A DNA stretch of 64,000 bases from an uncultured Lachnospiraceae bacterium (GTDB lineage: Bacteria; Bacillota; Clostridia; Lachnospirales; Lachnospiraceae), in assembly GCA_910586275.1 (NCBI GenBank), contig CAJUIM010000002.1, forward strand, positions 3,832 to 67,831, given 5' to 3'. Below, in pieces: positions 36,898-48,998 of the stretch (its first letter is position 1; each line of letters begins with the position of its first letter). Position numbers and translations under genes: made by a program. Below the pieces are notes generated by a model. It saw only the letters and a program-made list of their open reading frames with translations, did no database searches and was not told the DNA's origin.

Positions 36898-38079
36898 ATG
36901 AGCAGATTCACATTACCAAGAGATATCTATCACGGAAAAGGCTGCCTTGCCGAACTGAAAAACTTAAAGGGGAAGAAGGCAATCCTTGTAGTGGGCGGCG
37001 GCTCCATGAAACGCCAAGGGTTCCTTGACAAAGCAGTAGAATACTTAAAAGAAGGCGGCATGGAAGTCAGCCTTTTCGAAGGAGTAGAACCCGACCCGTC
37101 AGTGGAGACTGTAATGAAGGGCGCACAGGCAATGCGCGATTTTCAGCCGGACTGGATTGTTGCCATGGGCGGCGGCTCCCCCATTGATGCAGCCAAGGCT
37201 ATGTGGGCATTCTATGAATATCCCGACACGACCTTTGAAGATCTCTGCGTTCCCTTTAATTTCCCGGAATTAAGGCAGAAAGCGAAATTTGCCGCTATCC
37301 CTTCCACTTCGGGCACGGCAACCGAAGTTACCGCATTTTCCGTTATCACGGATTATGCCGCAGGCATTAAATACCCTCTGGCTGACTTTAACATCACGCC
37401 CGATGTGGCAATCGTGGATCCTGAACTTGTGGAAGCGCTTCCTCCGAAGCAGGTTGCCTATACCGGAATGGATGCCCTGACCCATGCCATTGAAGCCTAT
37501 GTGTCCACTCTCCACTGCGCATTCACTGACCCGCTGGCTCTTCAGGCAATCGAAATGGTATTCGATTATCTGCCCGCCTCCTATAACGGCAATATGACTG
37601 CCAGGGAAGAAATGCACTATGCACAATGTCTGGCAGGTATGGCGTTCTCCAATGCCCTGCTTGGCATTGTACATTCCATGGCACACAAAACCGGAGCCGC
37701 TTTCTCCACCGGCCACATTACCCACGGATGTGCCAACGCCATGTATCTTCCTTTTGTCATCAAATATAACGCAAAAGAAGCAACCGCGGCATCCCGCTAT
37801 GCAGAAATTGCCCGTCGGATGGGACTGTCCGGCAATTCCGAACAGGCTCTGATCAACAGCTTATGCGAAAAGATTGATGCGTTCAATGTAAAACTGAACA
37901 TTCCGAGAACACTGAAAGAGTTTGGCATCGACGAAACGGAATTTAAGGAAAAAATTGCGAAAATCTCCGAACTTGCGGTAGGTGATGCATGTACCGGATC
38001 CAATCCGAGAACCATTGACCCTGCTGCCATGGAGAAATTATTTACATGCATATATTACGGCACGGAAGTGGATTTCTAA
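36898..38079 (+). CDS. Iron-containing alcohol dehydrogenase
   Basis: GGGSPIDAAK, PSTSGTATEVT, GMDALTHAIE, HSMAH. Confidence 0.93.
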   Translation: MSRFTLPRDIYHGKGCLAELKNLKGKKAILVVGGGSMKRQGFLDKAVEYLKEGGMEVSLFEGVEPDPSVETVMKGAQAMRDFQPDWIVAMGGGSPIDAAKAMWAFYEYPDTTFEDLCVPFNFPELRQKAKFAAIPSTSGTATEVTAFSVITDYAAGIKYPLADFNITPDVAIVDPELVEALPPKQVAYTGMDALTHAIEAYVSTLHCAFTDPLALQAIEMVFDYLPASYNGNMTAREEMHYAQCLAGMAFSNALLGIVHSMAHKTGAAFSTGHITHGCANAMYLPFVIKYNAKEATAASRYAEIARRMGLSGNSEQALINSLCEKIDAFNVKLNIPRTLKEFGIDETEFKEKIAKISELAVGDACTGSNPRTIDPAAMEKLFTCIYYGTEVDF

Positions 38080-38110
38080 GACACGGAGTTCGGGCCAAAA
38101 TAAGAACGGC

Positions 38111-38146
38111 AAAACCGGAATCCCGCAGCGGATTCCGGTTTTTTTC
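38111..38146. terminator. Intrinsic terminator
   Basis: AAAACCGGAATCC...GGATTCCGGTTTTTTT. Confidence 0.75.
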
Positions 38147-38195
38147 AGACTGCAGATACCCTTCCCGCCATAGATGCCTGGCTCTCCTTTCCCTT

Positions 38196-39176
38196 TTAAC
38201 CCTCTTTCCAGATAGGCACCAGACTGGCCGCCCCTATCATTCCCGCATCGTTGCCGTTGCTGGCCGTGACTGTCCGCGGCACATACGCAACGGATGCCCC
38301 AAAGCAGTTTTCCTCCAAATATCTGTTCAGCGGTTCCGTCAGCTTCCCTTCCTGCGCGCACACGCCCCCGCCCAACACGATAATGTCAGGCCGGAAAATA
38401 TTGGCAATATCCGTAATGCCGTCCGCAAGGTGCCCGATATAATTTTCCACAAGCCTTTTCCCGCAGCCGTCGCCCAATGCGGCAGCGTCAAACGGCAGCT
38501 TGGCATTCATCCGCTCCAAATCATGCCCGCACAGTTCCCATAGCAAGGATTCCGGGTGCTCCGCTGCCATTTTTTTTGCATCGTTGCGCAGAGCCGTTGC
38601 AGAGGCATACGTCTCAAGGCAGTCATATCTTCCGCAGGTACACTTTCTCCCTTCGGAACCGTTTTTAATATGCCCCAGTTCTGCCCCGCCGGGATGCCCG
38701 CCGCCGAATATTTTTCCGCCAATGACGATCCCTCCTCCCACTCCTGTGCCAAGCGTGAGAAGCACCGCATTCCCATACCCTTTCGCAGCCCCTTTTACCA
38801 CTTCTCCCAATGCCGCACAGTTTGCGTCATTGTCTGCATAAATAGGAACGGGAAGATATTTTTTCAGTTCCTCTGCCAGCGGAACATGCTCCCACCGGAT
38901 ATTGTTGGAATATAAAACAATACCGTTTTCACTGTCAACCGTTCCCGGACTTCCCACTCCGGCTCCCAGACAGTCCTCCCATCCATACCCGTTCCCGGTC
39001 AGCAGCGCCATTGCCGTCTTCCCCATATCGGCAATCACCTGTCCGTAAGTCCTTTCTGCGCCCGTAGGAACCGAAGTCTGCGCCAGAATCTCATATTCCT
39101 GATTCAGAATCCCTATCTTAACTGCAGTTCCCCCTAAATCAATTCCCACAATAACCTTACTCTCTCTTTTTGACAT
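38196..39176 (-). CDS. ROK family sugar kinase
   Basis: GIDLGGT, NDANCAALGE, TLGTGVGGG, ELGH, CTCGRYDCLE. Confidence 0.93.
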   Translation of the reverse strand: MSKRESKVIVGIDLGGTAVKIGILNQEYEILAQTSVPTGAERTYGQVIADMGKTAMALLTGNGYGWEDCLGAGVGSPGTVDSENGIVLYSNNIRWEHVPLAEELKKYLPVPIYADNDANCAALGEVVKGAAKGYGNAVLLTLGTGVGGGIVIGGKIFGGGHPGGAELGHIKNGSEGRKCTCGRYDCLETYASATALRNDAKKMAAEHPESLLWELCGHDLERMNAKLPFDAAALGDGCGKRLVENYIGHLADGITDIANIFRPDIIVLGGGVCAQEGKLTEPLNRYLEENCFGASVAYVPRTVTASNGNDAGMIGAASLVPIWKEG

Positions 39177-39290
39177 TATATTCTCTCCTTCCGGCATCTT
39201 TCCTTCTTCGATTTCCTGCTTTCTCCTTTCGGAATTCCATGTAAAAAGCTGCCGCAAAGCTTTCCTTTCTGTTTGCGGCAGCAATTCTTC

Positions 39291-40286
39291 TTATTCTATA
39301 TCATTCGTTTCCATATAATCCATCAGCCGCTCTGCCGTGGTAAACGCCAGTCCGGTAACAGTATCCGCACATCCATAATATATGGCTATCCTTCCTGTCG
39401 CCGCGTCTGCCAATGCCGCACATGGAAATACTACGTTGGGAACATCCCCGACACATTCATACAGTTCATGAGGCCCCAAAATATATCTCCTCGTCCTCTT
39501 TATGACCTTCCATGGCTCTTCCAAATCCAATAAGGCGCATCCCATCCGGTAGACAAAACCGTTGCATGTGTTGATTACGCCATGGTAAATCAGAAGCCAT
39601 CCTTGATCCGTCTCCACCGGCACGCTTCCGGCTCCTATTTTCGTACTCTGCCAAGCGGAGACATCCCCCTTCACCGTTCCCATCACATATCTATGACAGC
39701 CCCAATACTTCAGGTCCGGACTTTCGCTTAAGAAAATATCCCCGAACGGAGTATGCCCATTATCGCTGGGACGGCTCAGCATACAATAATTCCCGTTGAT
39801 CCGGCGCGGAAACAGCACGCCGTTGCGGTTAAACGGCAGGAAAGCATTTTCCAGCTGATAAAAAGTTCTGAAGTCAAAGGTATATCCTACCCCGATGGTG
39901 GGATATCCATGATATCCGTTGCACCATGTGATATAATATCTGTCCTCTATAAAACAGACCCTTGGGTCATACCGGTAATCCCTCTTTGCCACCTCCGGAT
40001 GCGCCCCCTGAAACACAATGGGTTCCTCCGAAAGATTCCAGTGTATGCCGTCCTTGCTGAATCCCGCAAAAATATCCATGCTGACGGACTTGCTGTCGCA
40101 GCGGAATACCCCCGCAAAGCCATCCCCGAAAGGAACCACTGCACTGTTAAAAATACTGTTTGAGTTCTTAGTCGCAAACCTTTCTATTATCGGGTTCGCA
40201 TTATAACGCCACACCGGCAGCCCCTCTGCTCCTTCCGGTTCCTGCCACGGCATATTGGGCATATCTTCGCCTATAATCTTAATCAT
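39291..40286 (-). CDS. GH130 beta-mannoside phosphorylase
   Basis: [40 protein letters not shown]. Confidence 0.9.
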   Translation of the reverse strand: MIKIIGEDMPNMPWQEPEGAEGLPVWRYNANPIIERFATKNSNSIFNSAVVPFGDGFAGVFRCDSKSVSMDIFAGFSKDGIHWNLSEEPIVFQGAHPEVAKRDYRYDPRVCFIEDRYYITWCNGYHGYPTIGVGYTFDFRTFYQLENAFLPFNRNGVLFPRRINGNYCMLSRPSDNGHTPFGDIFLSESPDLKYWGCHRYVMGTVKGDVSAWQSTKIGAGSVPVETDQGWLLIYHGVINTCNGFVYRMGCALLDLEEPWKVIKRTRRYILGPHELYECVGDVPNVVFPCAALADAATGRIAIYYGCADTVTGLAFTTAERLMDYMETNDIE

Positions 40287-40303
40287 TTTCCCGTTCCTGC
40301 CTG

Positions 40304-41779
40304 TTATTCTTTATTTGCCATGAATTCGTCTACCTGTCTCTGCGCTTCGTCAATGATATCCTGCCAGCCTGCTTTCATCAGTTCCTCCTTAATCTGGGGA
40401 ACGCACTGCGCCGGATCCTGTACTCCGGTCATCACCTCGCTGCGGTAACGCATCCAGATTTCATTACAATTCGAAAGTTTATCTGCTATCTGCGAAGTGT
40501 CAAATGTAAAGCCGAACACCGCGGAATCTACCGCTTTGTCATTCAGTTCTTTTATCTCTTCCCACTGGTTCAGTTCATCCGTATCTACCTGCGTAACCGT
40601 AAAGAATGTTCCCTGCGTATATCCCGCCATTTCCCAGTCATTATTGATCTTATGGGCCTTTCCGTCTTCCGTATACTCAAAGTCAACGCCCTCTTCCCCA
40701 TAGTAGAACATATCACGCAGCTTAGTGTCCGTATTGACTAAATCCAAGAACTGCAGGCATTTCTCCGGGTATTTGCTGTTCGTGGAAATCATGTTCATGG
40801 AACCGCGCACGGTTTCGCTTGACAGAATCGTATCGCCTACTTTCTGCACCAATACATCCTTGCCCATCTGCGGCCCCCAAGAAGTAATGCCGGCCGACTC
40901 CCAGCCCTGTGCCACTCTCCACATATTATAAACACGCGCCTCCGTCAGAGTCGCCGCATCGGGATTGATGATGCCCTTCTTATACCACTCATGGAAAGTC
41001 TCAAGAGCGGAATAAATATCCGGCTGTTCCAACGTAAAGCATACCCGGGCATCCTTGTCGTCATATCTTACGCCCAGAATCTGCGTCCCGCTGCCAATTT
41101 GGTCATATACGTCGAAAATATAATAGACTCCGTCGTTTTTCACATATACCGGATAGTCATTCTTCTCCGCCTTGAGTTTTTCAAAAGGTTCCGTCAGGGA
41201 ATCCAGTTCCACGAGAGAAGCGATATCCAAATTATATTCCTCCACCAGTTCCTTATCCCAGATTGCATAATTGGAAATTGCATTGTCCTTATAAGTAGGC
41301 ACCCCGTATATCCTATCGCTTACCGACACGGCCGTCCAATATTTTTCCGGCATCATTTCATTGAGTCCCGGCATATTTTCTCCTACCATATCCGTAATGT
41401 CGCAGTATGCCCCCAAAGCAATATCCGGCACATAGTTCTTTCCGGTACCGAAAATAATATCATACGGTTCGTTGGTGCTGATAATGATATTGCGGCGGTC
41501 GTCCCAAGACCCCCAAGGTATAACCTCCATTTCGATGTTAACCCCTATCTTTCCCCCTACATACTCATTGACCTTCCCTACCCATGAATCATAATTATCC
41601 GGCATGCCGTTCCCTATAGTGACCCACTTCAAAGTTACGACTTCCCCTCCGTCCCCGGCATCTGCCTGTTTTCCTCCCCCGGATGCCGAATTTGAGCCGT
41701 TTCCGCAGCCTGCCAATGTACCAAGCACAAGCATGGTTGCAATTCCTGCCACCAACAATCTACCTAATTTCATTTCCAT
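40304..41779 (-). CDS. Sugar ABC solute-binding lipoprotein (DUF3502 tail)
   Basis: Lipobox LAGC; GFTFD...E.QRQVD. Confidence 0.9.
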   Translation of the reverse strand: MEMKLGRLLVAGIATMLVLGTLAGCGNGSNSASGGGKQADAGDGGEVVTLKWVTIGNGMPDNYDSWVGKVNEYVGGKIGVNIEMEVIPWGSWDDRRNIIISTNEPYDIIFGTGKNYVPDIALGAYCDITDMVGENMPGLNEMMPEKYWTAVSVSDRIYGVPTYKDNAISNYAIWDKELVEEYNLDIASLVELDSLTEPFEKLKAEKNDYPVYVKNDGVYYIFDVYDQIGSGTQILGVRYDDKDARVCFTLEQPDIYSALETFHEWYKKGIINPDAATLTEARVYNMWRVAQGWESAGITSWGPQMGKDVLVQKVGDTILSSETVRGSMNMISTNSKYPEKCLQFLDLVNTDTKLRDMFYYGEEGVDFEYTEDGKAHKINNDWEMAGYTQGTFFTVTQVDTDELNQWEEIKELNDKAVDSAVFGFTFDTSQIADKLSNCNEIWMRYRSEVMTGVQDPAQCVPQIKEELMKAGWQDIIDEAQRQVDEFMANKE

Positions 41780-41879
41780 TCCTCCTGAATTACTTTTTAT
41801 TGCTAAGTTCTTTCTTGTTTCTTGTATCCAATATATAGCTCATGCCCGCTTCCTCAGTGCCTCTTCCTTTTGGCCTTCT

Positions 41880-42815
41880 TTATTCTTTCACGGAACCGAC
41901 CGTCAGGCCGGAAATGAAATATTTCTGGAAAAAAGGATAAGTACATGCAATGGGCACAATTATAATGATTGCGATTGCCATACGCACGCTTTCCGTAGGC
42001 ATGGATGACTTATACTGCTGCATGGACAGTCCGCCGTACGGATTGTTTGCCAAGTATTCTATGCTGGCGCGGATATTATTCAGCATGGACTGCAGCGTCT
42101 GCAGCTTCTTATCGTCAATATACAGCGATGCCTGAAACCAGTCATTCCAATAACCGAATGCCGCAAACATCCCGATTGTCGCCATTACCGGCTTCGAAAT
42201 CGGCAGCACAATCTGTGCCCAGATGCGGAACTGTCCCGCACCGTCGATTTTCGCGGATTCCACGATAGAATCCGGCACGGTGGTCCGGAAAAATGTCCGG
42301 CAGATTGTGACGCTGAATGACGAACAGGCCAACGGAAGTATCAATGCCCATATGGTATTCCGAAGCCCCAGAATATTATTTACTACTACATAGCTGGAAA
42401 GCATGCCGCCGTTAAAAACCATTGGTATAAAAATAAGCCATGTATACAATTTCTTCAGTTTGAAGCTGCTTCTGGATACCACATACCCCATGGAAGTAGT
42501 CAGAGCCACCGTAATGATTGTACCGAAAACCGTGATAAACACCGACATAAATGCCGCGTTGAGGATCATCCCCCGTTCGTTCCATAAGAACTGATAGGCC
42601 GCCGCCGAAAATTCCTGCGGTATAATCTGGTATCCGTTGGACCGAAGGGCTTCCTCGCCGGTTATGGATATGGAAAATACGAACAGCAAAGGAAAAATGC
42701 ATGTCAGCCCCAATATCAGGAACAATATATTAATCAATACATTTGTTGACGGTTTAATCTGGTTCATCGTGGATGAACTATCTGTTTCTTTTTGTCTTTT
42801 CCTCAAATTCCACAC
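41880..42815 (-). CDS. Sugar ABC permease
   Basis: ESAKIDGA EAA motif, YPFFQKYF. Confidence 0.92.
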   Translation of the reverse strand: MWNLRKRQKETDSSSTMNQIKPSTNVLINILFLILGLTCIFPLLFVFSISITGEEALRSNGYQIIPQEFSAAAYQFLWNERGMILNAAFMSVFITVFGTIITVALTTSMGYVVSRSSFKLKKLYTWLIFIPMVFNGGMLSSYVVVNNILGLRNTIWALILPLACSSFSVTICRTFFRTTVPDSIVESAKIDGAGQFRIWAQIVLPISKPVMATIGMFAAFGYWNDWFQASLYIDDKKLQTLQSMLNNIRASIEYLANNPYGGLSMQQYKSSMPTESVRMAIAIIIIVPIACTYPFFQKYFISGLTVGSVKE

Positions 42816-42820
42816 CCCCT

Positions 42821-43822
42821 TTATATAATTCTGTTTTCGTTGTCAATCTTGCTGACTACCCAGTTTGCCAAAAGAATCGTTGCGCAGCTGCAGATTGCCT
42901 GGAAGAAAGACGCGGCAGCCGTCTGGCCTATGGGCGATGAAGATTTCAACGCCTGATATATATAGGTATCAAAGGTAGATACCGTAGTATACAGAGACTG
43001 AGGGATCCCTCCCGTAGTCTGGTAGAACAGCCCGAAGTCGGAATTGAAAATCTTTCCGCAGTCCAAAATCAGCATCATGACAAATACCGGTTTAATGGAC
43101 GGCAGCGTTATGTACCTCTCCTGCTGCAGCTTTGTGGCTCCGTCCATCACCGCCGCTTCATAAAGAGTCCTGTCTACTCCCGTAATACTTGCCAGATAAA
43201 TGACCATGCCGTATCCCATCCCTTTCCAAGTATTCAGGAATACCAGAATAAACGGCCAATACTTGCTCTCCTGATACCACATCACCGGATCTCCGCCCAA
43301 TGCGGTGATAATCCCGTTCAGATATCCCCTTTCCGGCGTCAGCAGCGCATACACAAAATAGCTGACCACTACCCATGACATAAAATAGGGCAGAAACATC
43401 ATCGTCTGATACACCCTTGAGCCGCCCTTGTTCCTCATATTGCTCAGCAGCAGCGCACCCCCTACCGCTACGCTGGCACTGATAATAATAAATGCAATAT
43501 TATAAAGAATTGTATTTTTCAGCAGCATGGCAAAGGAATTGGAAACGAAAAAGTATTTAAAATTCCCAAACCCTGCCCATTCACTATGCAGTAGGTTATA
43601 TATGAAGCTATGTCCCCCCGGTGCCAATTTGTATACCTTAAAAGCTATGATGATACCAAACATGGGCAAATATGCAAAAATCAGATACCACAGCAGAGTC
43701 GGCACTGAAAGCATAAATAATTCCGTATCATCCCTGTTCCATCTTTTTCTCAGGAATTTCTTTTTCCCCTGAGCGTTCCCTTTCTCACTGCCTCCTTTTT
43801 TTAGAGTTGTTTTCATACTCAT
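42821..43822 (-). CDS. Sugar ABC permease
   Basis: YLPMFG, LYEAAVMDGA. Confidence 0.92.
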   Translation of the reverse strand: MSMKTTLKKGGSEKGNAQGKKKFLRKRWNRDDTELFMLSVPTLLWYLIFAYLPMFGIIIAFKVYKLAPGGHSFIYNLLHSEWAGFGNFKYFFVSNSFAMLLKNTILYNIAFIIISASVAVGGALLLSNMRNKGGSRVYQTMMFLPYFMSWVVVSYFVYALLTPERGYLNGIITALGGDPVMWYQESKYWPFILVFLNTWKGMGYGMVIYLASITGVDRTLYEAAVMDGATKLQQERYITLPSIKPVFVMMLILDCGKIFNSDFGLFYQTTGGIPQSLYTTVSTFDTYIYQALKSSSPIGQTAAASFFQAICSCATILLANWVVSKIDNENRII

Positions 43823-43973
43823 TCATGATCTTCCTCCTTCTTTATATTTATTAATTGCAATTAATATCCACTTAACCGGAAACGTCCTAATCCTCCCGGA
43901 TTTTTCCATATAACGTTTCCTGCGCCGTATTCCGACGCTCCGTACTGAAATCCATGCGCAAAAGACGCAGTGC

Positions 43974-45479
43974 TTATCCGGCATCTTTCCACGCATCCAC
44001 CTGTCTCTGCATTTCATCAATGACATCCTGTATGCCTGCCGCTTCCAGCTTTTTATTCAGTTCCGGCAAATATTTATCCGGATCTACGCTTCCCGTATAC
44101 AATGCTTTTCCGAATTCATCCAATACATTCCTGAATGCCGCAGCCTGTGCGCTTACCGGTTCCAGATGAAAGTCAAATCCAAAAGAAGGCGCCTCTATGG
44201 AAGCATCGTTCAATTCCCTGACCACAATCCACTTATCCAAAGGTTCATTCTCCAGCACATAAGTGCGGAACAGCCCTCCCTGCACCCAATAGGGCACGGA
44301 GTAATTCTTCGCGGCATCCTCTTTCAGCTTTATTTTAAAGTCATAGGCATATTCCAAGCCTTTGACAGCCTCTTTTTCCTCCTCGTCAGCTTCCGCTTTC
44401 TCCCAGTGAACACCTTCTATGCCATAGTTCAGCAGATTCCTCAGATATTCATCCGTATTGATTAAATTCAGCAATTCCATTGCCTTCTCGGGATGCCCGG
44501 AATTCTTATTGATGGCAGTCATGGCTCCTCTGGCCGAGGCATTTGTTATCTTTATGTCCATAATCTGCGACACCACTACCTCATACCCCAAATCCTTGCT
44601 CCATGTCAGTTCCGCATAGGGCTGCCCGTCGCCTTTTGTCACAAATCGCTTAACCGTCTTGTCGGCAGAGGCAACTGCCGCATCTTTATTGATATATCCT
44701 TCCAGATAATACTTCCGCATAGTTCTTAAAGCCGCCTGCATTTTCTCTGTTTCAAAAATATTCTTAACCGTCAGACCGTCATCGTCATATTCTATCCCCA
44801 CCGGGTCCTGTATTTTATCCATATAGGTAGGGGCCGTATAGTCCTTGGTCAGATACATAGGAACCACATCCGGTTCGTTTTCCTTAATCAGCTTCAGCCA
44901 TGGCTCCAAATCTTCCAAAGAATGAATCTCACTGTAAGGAATATCATATTTATCCACATATTCTTTCGTAAAGACCCACATCGGACTGTTTCCAATCTCT
45001 TTCTCACTGGGAACGCCGTAGATTTTCCCTCTTACCTTAGCCGCCTCCCAGAAGCGGCTGTCAATTTCCCCATACATCTGCCTGCCCTGCTCCTGCAAAA
45101 GACCATCCAGTTCCAAGAACGCTCCCTTCTGCACATTCTGCAGAAAATCGTTGGTCCATGAACTGGTAAAACACATATCCCATGGTTCATCCGTATTGAT
45201 GGCCACCTGCATCTTCTGGCTGTAATCTGCCCAACCTACCTTTACAATAGTTAACCTTACACCGATTTTCCCCTCAATATATTGATTCACCGCTTCCAGT
45301 ACCATAGAGTCATCCTTCTGCGACTCCCCCACCTGATACCAAATCAGTTCCGTCAGTTCCGCTTCCTTCCTGTCCGTTTCTTCCTCTGCCCCGCACCCGG
45401 ACAGAATACCCGTTACAAAAACAGCGAATGCAATGCATATCATTCTTGCTATACCGATTGTTTTCATTTTTATAATCAT
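43974..45479 (-). CDS. Second solute-binding lipoprotein (DUF3502 tail)
   Basis: Lipobox LSGC; adjacent to the two-component system. Confidence 0.88.
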   Translation of the reverse strand: MIIKMKTIGIARMICIAFAVFVTGILSGCGAEEETDRKEAELTELIWYQVGESQKDDSMVLEAVNQYIEGKIGVRLTIVKVGWADYSQKMQVAINTDEPWDMCFTSSWTNDFLQNVQKGAFLELDGLLQEQGRQMYGEIDSRFWEAAKVRGKIYGVPSEKEIGNSPMWVFTKEYVDKYDIPYSEIHSLEDLEPWLKLIKENEPDVVPMYLTKDYTAPTYMDKIQDPVGIEYDDDGLTVKNIFETEKMQAALRTMRKYYLEGYINKDAAVASADKTVKRFVTKGDGQPYAELTWSKDLGYEVVVSQIMDIKITNASARGAMTAINKNSGHPEKAMELLNLINTDEYLRNLLNYGIEGVHWEKAEADEEEKEAVKGLEYAYDFKIKLKEDAAKNYSVPYWVQGGLFRTYVLENEPLDKWIVVRELNDASIEAPSFGFDFHLEPVSAQAAAFRNVLDEFGKALYTGSVDPDKYLPELNKKLEAAGIQDVIDEMQRQVDAWKDAG

Positions 45480-45593
45480 GCTCCCTTTCCGGCCGTAGGT
45501 CTGTGCATTTCTTTTTGTCTTCCTTTAATAAAATAATATCTTTTCTGCAATTTAAATCCTAGTCGAAAATTTCCAGTTTCCATGTACAAATTC

Positions 45594-45669
45594 TAGAGTG
45601 TGCCCCGGAGTGTGTCTGAAAATTGCTTTCCGGCAGATGTGCGCCACAGTTTGCGGCAGATTTATGCCA
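45594..45669 (+). repeat. Partial MITE-like repeat copy
   Basis: GAGTGTGTCTGAAAATTGCTTTCCGGCAGATGTGCG. Confidence 0.8.
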
Positions 45670-45761
45670 TGTTTTTGCCGCATTCTCTATCGAGGCCTGC
45701 CGCAGCACATATATAAAATACCCCGGAAGCAAACTGTCTTCCGGAGCATCCCGCCAATCTC

Positions 45762-47288
45762 TCAATATTTCTTTATAGTCCGCAGCGATGCCGGCGAAAC
45801 CCCATAGCATTGCTTAAATTTCCGGTAAAAATAGCTGGTATCCGGATATCCCACTTCTTTGGCAATATCGTTTATCCTCATATTTGTGTTCAATATCAGA
45901 TCCTTTGCAATCTTGTTCTTCGTATTGCTCAGATATTGGGTAAAAGAACATCCTACTTCCTTTTGGAATATCTGGCCAAGATAAGAAGCATTCATATGAT
46001 ATTTATAAGATAAAGTCTTTAAGTTCATGTCTTCCCTATAATTTTTCTGAACTTCCTCCATAATCTGCTTAACCACCGGCGTATATTGGGAATCTTCCAT
46101 ATGCAGATAAAGAATAATTTCCGCAATCTCTGAGATGAAAATAGTTTTCAGCCCAAAGATATCGTCTGCCTGATAAATTTTCTCCATCATTTCAGATAGA
46201 TTCTGAAAATTTCTGGACTGCCCCAGTTTATATTCCGTCTTAATATCCTGCAGCAAGACAGCCAGCTTCAGAGCCAGCTGATACAGCACATCCACGCTGA
46301 CTTCAGACCGCAGATTATTGATGAATAAATCCTCTATGTATTGCCGGACACCGTCCTGATCCTTTTTCAGCATCATCTTACGGAGCAGAGTCTCATCTAT
46401 GACCACATCCTGCGTTTTCCTTTCCTGAATATAGCTTTCGGCAATACAGCTTCCATACCCTTCCAGCACCCGATATTTCTGCATTTTAGAAGCCATCTTA
46501 TAGCCCTCCGGCAGACTCTCATACTTCACAATCGGAGAGGCTACCGTCAGGAAACTCAGAATACCATAACCGCTTTCCAAATCATTCTGAAGACCGCCGA
46601 AAATCTCTGTGGCATCTCTGTCCTCACATTCTTTTTCTATATAAAGCAGCAGAAGCAGCGTATCCGGCGCAAGATAAATCGTCCGGATTTTCTGCGGCAG
46701 TCCTTGTATGGCGGAAAGTATCACTTGGATGCTTTCCTTATTTTCCAAGCTGCCGGTATCGATTTTCATAATGGACACATATATTTTTTCCCCTTCGTCT
46801 ATCAAAGGAAGCATCCGGTAAAACTCCGCCGCTTCCTCGCTGCCCATCTTCCCTTTTAAAAGCTTATGCCAGCCAATCTTGTCGTCCATATCCTCTGCCT
46901 GTTTCCTGTCCATTTCATCCAGTTCTTTCACTGCTTCCAGCAGAGCCTGTTTCAGCTGCTCCTCATTCACCGGCTTCAGGATATATTCTTCCACATCCAA
47001 TTTCAAAGCTGCCCTTGCATATTCAAATTCATCATATCCGGACAGAATGATGCATCTGGCCTTAGGGCTGATTTTCCTTACTTCTTCCAAAAGTTCCAAC
47101 CCGTTCATTAAGGGCATTTCCACATCCGTCACAATAATGTCCACGGGTTCCTCCCTGAACTTCTCCAATGCCTCCTTCCCGTTATGTACCATGGATACCA
47201 CGGACAGGGACAGTTCTTCCCAGTCAATGATGCATCGGATTCCCTGAAGTATAAATTCCTCATCTTCCACCAACATCACTTTCCTCAT
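45762..47288 (-). CDS. YesN-like response regulator (receiver plus AraC)
   Basis: VEDE, TDVEMP, KP; VGYPDTSYFYRKFK. Confidence 0.93.
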   Translation of the reverse strand: MRKVMLVEDEEFILQGIRCIIDWEELSLSVVSMVHNGKEALEKFREEPVDIIVTDVEMPLMNGLELLEEVRKISPKARCIILSGYDEFEYARAALKLDVEEYILKPVNEEQLKQALLEAVKELDEMDRKQAEDMDDKIGWHKLLKGKMGSEEAAEFYRMLPLIDEGEKIYVSIMKIDTGSLENKESIQVILSAIQGLPQKIRTIYLAPDTLLLLLYIEKECEDRDATEIFGGLQNDLESGYGILSFLTVASPIVKYESLPEGYKMASKMQKYRVLEGYGSCIAESYIQERKTQDVVIDETLLRKMMLKKDQDGVRQYIEDLFINNLRSEVSVDVLYQLALKLAVLLQDIKTEYKLGQSRNFQNLSEMMEKIYQADDIFGLKTIFISEIAEIILYLHMEDSQYTPVVKQIMEEVQKNYREDMNLKTLSYKYHMNASYLGQIFQKEVGCSFTQYLSNTKNKIAKDLILNTNMRINDIAKEVGYPDTSYFYRKFKQCYGVSPASLRTIKKY

Positions 47289-48984
47289 GCTCTTCCTCCT
47301 TAATCCCGATTGCGAGAATGACAAGCAAGCCCTTTGGCTTTACGTTTTTCAGGGTAATGCCGTATTTCTCCCCGCAGGCTGCCCTGACTCTCCTGTTAAC
47401 ATTATGGATGCCAATGCTTCCGTTATCCTTTTTCACCCATACATTCTCTCTTAATTCCCGGTTCTTCTTTTCCAGTTCCTCCTCCGCCATTCCCCGGCCA
47501 TTGTCCTCCACATACAGATAAAGGGTATCCCCTTCCCGCGCGGCACGGATATACACCAGATTGTCCTTTCTCTCCCGCTCTATTCCGTGGATAAAATAAT
47601 TCTCGATCATCGGCTGCAGCACAAACTTAATGACCGGAAGCGGAAGCAGTTCTACCGGACATTCCACTTTTGACCGGAAACATCCTTGGTAACGGTATTC
47701 AAACAGTTCCAGATACTGTTTGCAATAGTCCAGTTCCTGCCCCAGCGTAATCACATCCGCCGCTTTCAGCTGACTTCGGAACAAAACCACCATGCTGTAC
47801 AGCATCTTGCCTACTTCCTTGTCTCCGTTACATATCGCTTTCATCCGTATTGCCTCCAGCGTATTATATAAAAAATGAGGATTTATCTGACTTTGGAGTG
47901 CCTGCATCTGAGCATTTTTGCTTTCGATTTCCGCCAGATAGCTTTTTTCGATATACAATTCAAGCCTTTCGCACATTTCGTTAAAATTATCGGCGATCAT
48001 GTCCAGTTCGTCTTCTTTTTTCCCGATATTCAGACGGACTTTAAAATCTCCGGTGGTGACTTGATCCATAGCCTCCAAAATCAGATTTACCCTTCCGGTA
48101 AAATGCTTCACATAGAAATTAATGGCAGAAATCCCTCCGGAACAGGCCAGCATGCCTACTGCAAGAATCAATAAAAACCTTATGGCAGGCAGCTTTGCTG
48201 CCTGCCTTTCATCCATAAATGTACAGACTTGGTATTCCCCCACGGATTCCATGCAGGAATAATATTGCTTCTGTCCCACCGGGAATCCAAAGTCAGCCGT
48301 AACCGGCTCCCCGTATATTATTTTGCCGTCTTTATACCTGACAGCCATGCTCACAAGCGCATTCGCGCTTTGAATTTCCCGGAACGCATTCTCCGCCTCA
48401 AAAGTAAAAAGCATGCATCCTACCGGCTTCATCGTATCCGGATTCCTTATTTCTTTCAGGAAGACAAGTTCCCCTCCTCCGCAGAAATCTCCGTTCTGTA
48501 TCTGATATAGCCTAGGCCTGCCGTCTCTGTCCGGATAAATATTTTTTTCCGGATAGCACTCCGTCATTTTCGAAGTCTCGTAACTGATCATCTCTATTTT
48601 TTCCAGCCGGCGGTTTGCCTCAAAGGTTTCGTTTACAAAACGGAATATCCCCTTATAAACCAGTTCATTGGAGGCACTGTACCGTTCCAACGTATATTCC
48701 TGATAATCCTCCGGTTCCAAGCGGAAGTACTCCAGCAGATCATTCAGTTCCGACGGCGAACGATATAAATCTTTGTGAATATAATCTGCCGACCGGCCGA
48801 TTTCTTCTATATATCCCAATGTCTCCGCATGAATCCGTTCCGTTTCCTGCCGGTTGGATTCCAACAGCCTTCCTCTTGCATCAAAAGTAAAATAGACTGT
48901 CAAAGCTATCACTATGCCGAAAATAACCGCCGTATAAGTTCGGAACATCTTAAAATATAATTGTTTCGGCCTCTTTCTCTCCAT
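47260..48984 (-). CDS. YesM-like sensor histidine kinase
   Basis: LQSQINPHFLYNTLE, LQPMIEN, EDNGRG. Confidence 0.93.
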   Translation of the reverse strand: MERKRPKQLYFKMFRTYTAVIFGIVIALTVYFTFDARGRLLESNRQETERIHAETLGYIEEIGRSADYIHKDLYRSPSELNDLLEYFRLEPEDYQEYTLERYSASNELVYKGIFRFVNETFEANRRLEKIEMISYETSKMTECYPEKNIYPDRDGRPRLYQIQNGDFCGGGELVFLKEIRNPDTMKPVGCMLFTFEAENAFREIQSANALVSMAVRYKDGKIIYGEPVTADFGFPVGQKQYYSCMESVGEYQVCTFMDERQAAKLPAIRFLLILAVGMLACSGGISAINFYVKHFTGRVNLILEAMDQVTTGDFKVRLNIGKKEDELDMIADNFNEMCERLELYIEKSYLAEIESKNAQMQALQSQINPHFLYNTLEAIRMKAICNGDKEVGKMLYSMVVLFRSQLKAADVITLGQELDYCKQYLELFEYRYQGCFRSKVECPVELLPLPVIKFVLQPMIENYFIHGIERERKDNLVYIRAAREGDTLYLYVEDNGRGMAEEELEKKNRELRENVWVKKDNGSIGIHNVNRRVRAACGEKYGITLKNVKPKGLLVILAIGIKEEEHEESDVGGR

Positions 48985-48998
48985 CCGCCATCCGCCTT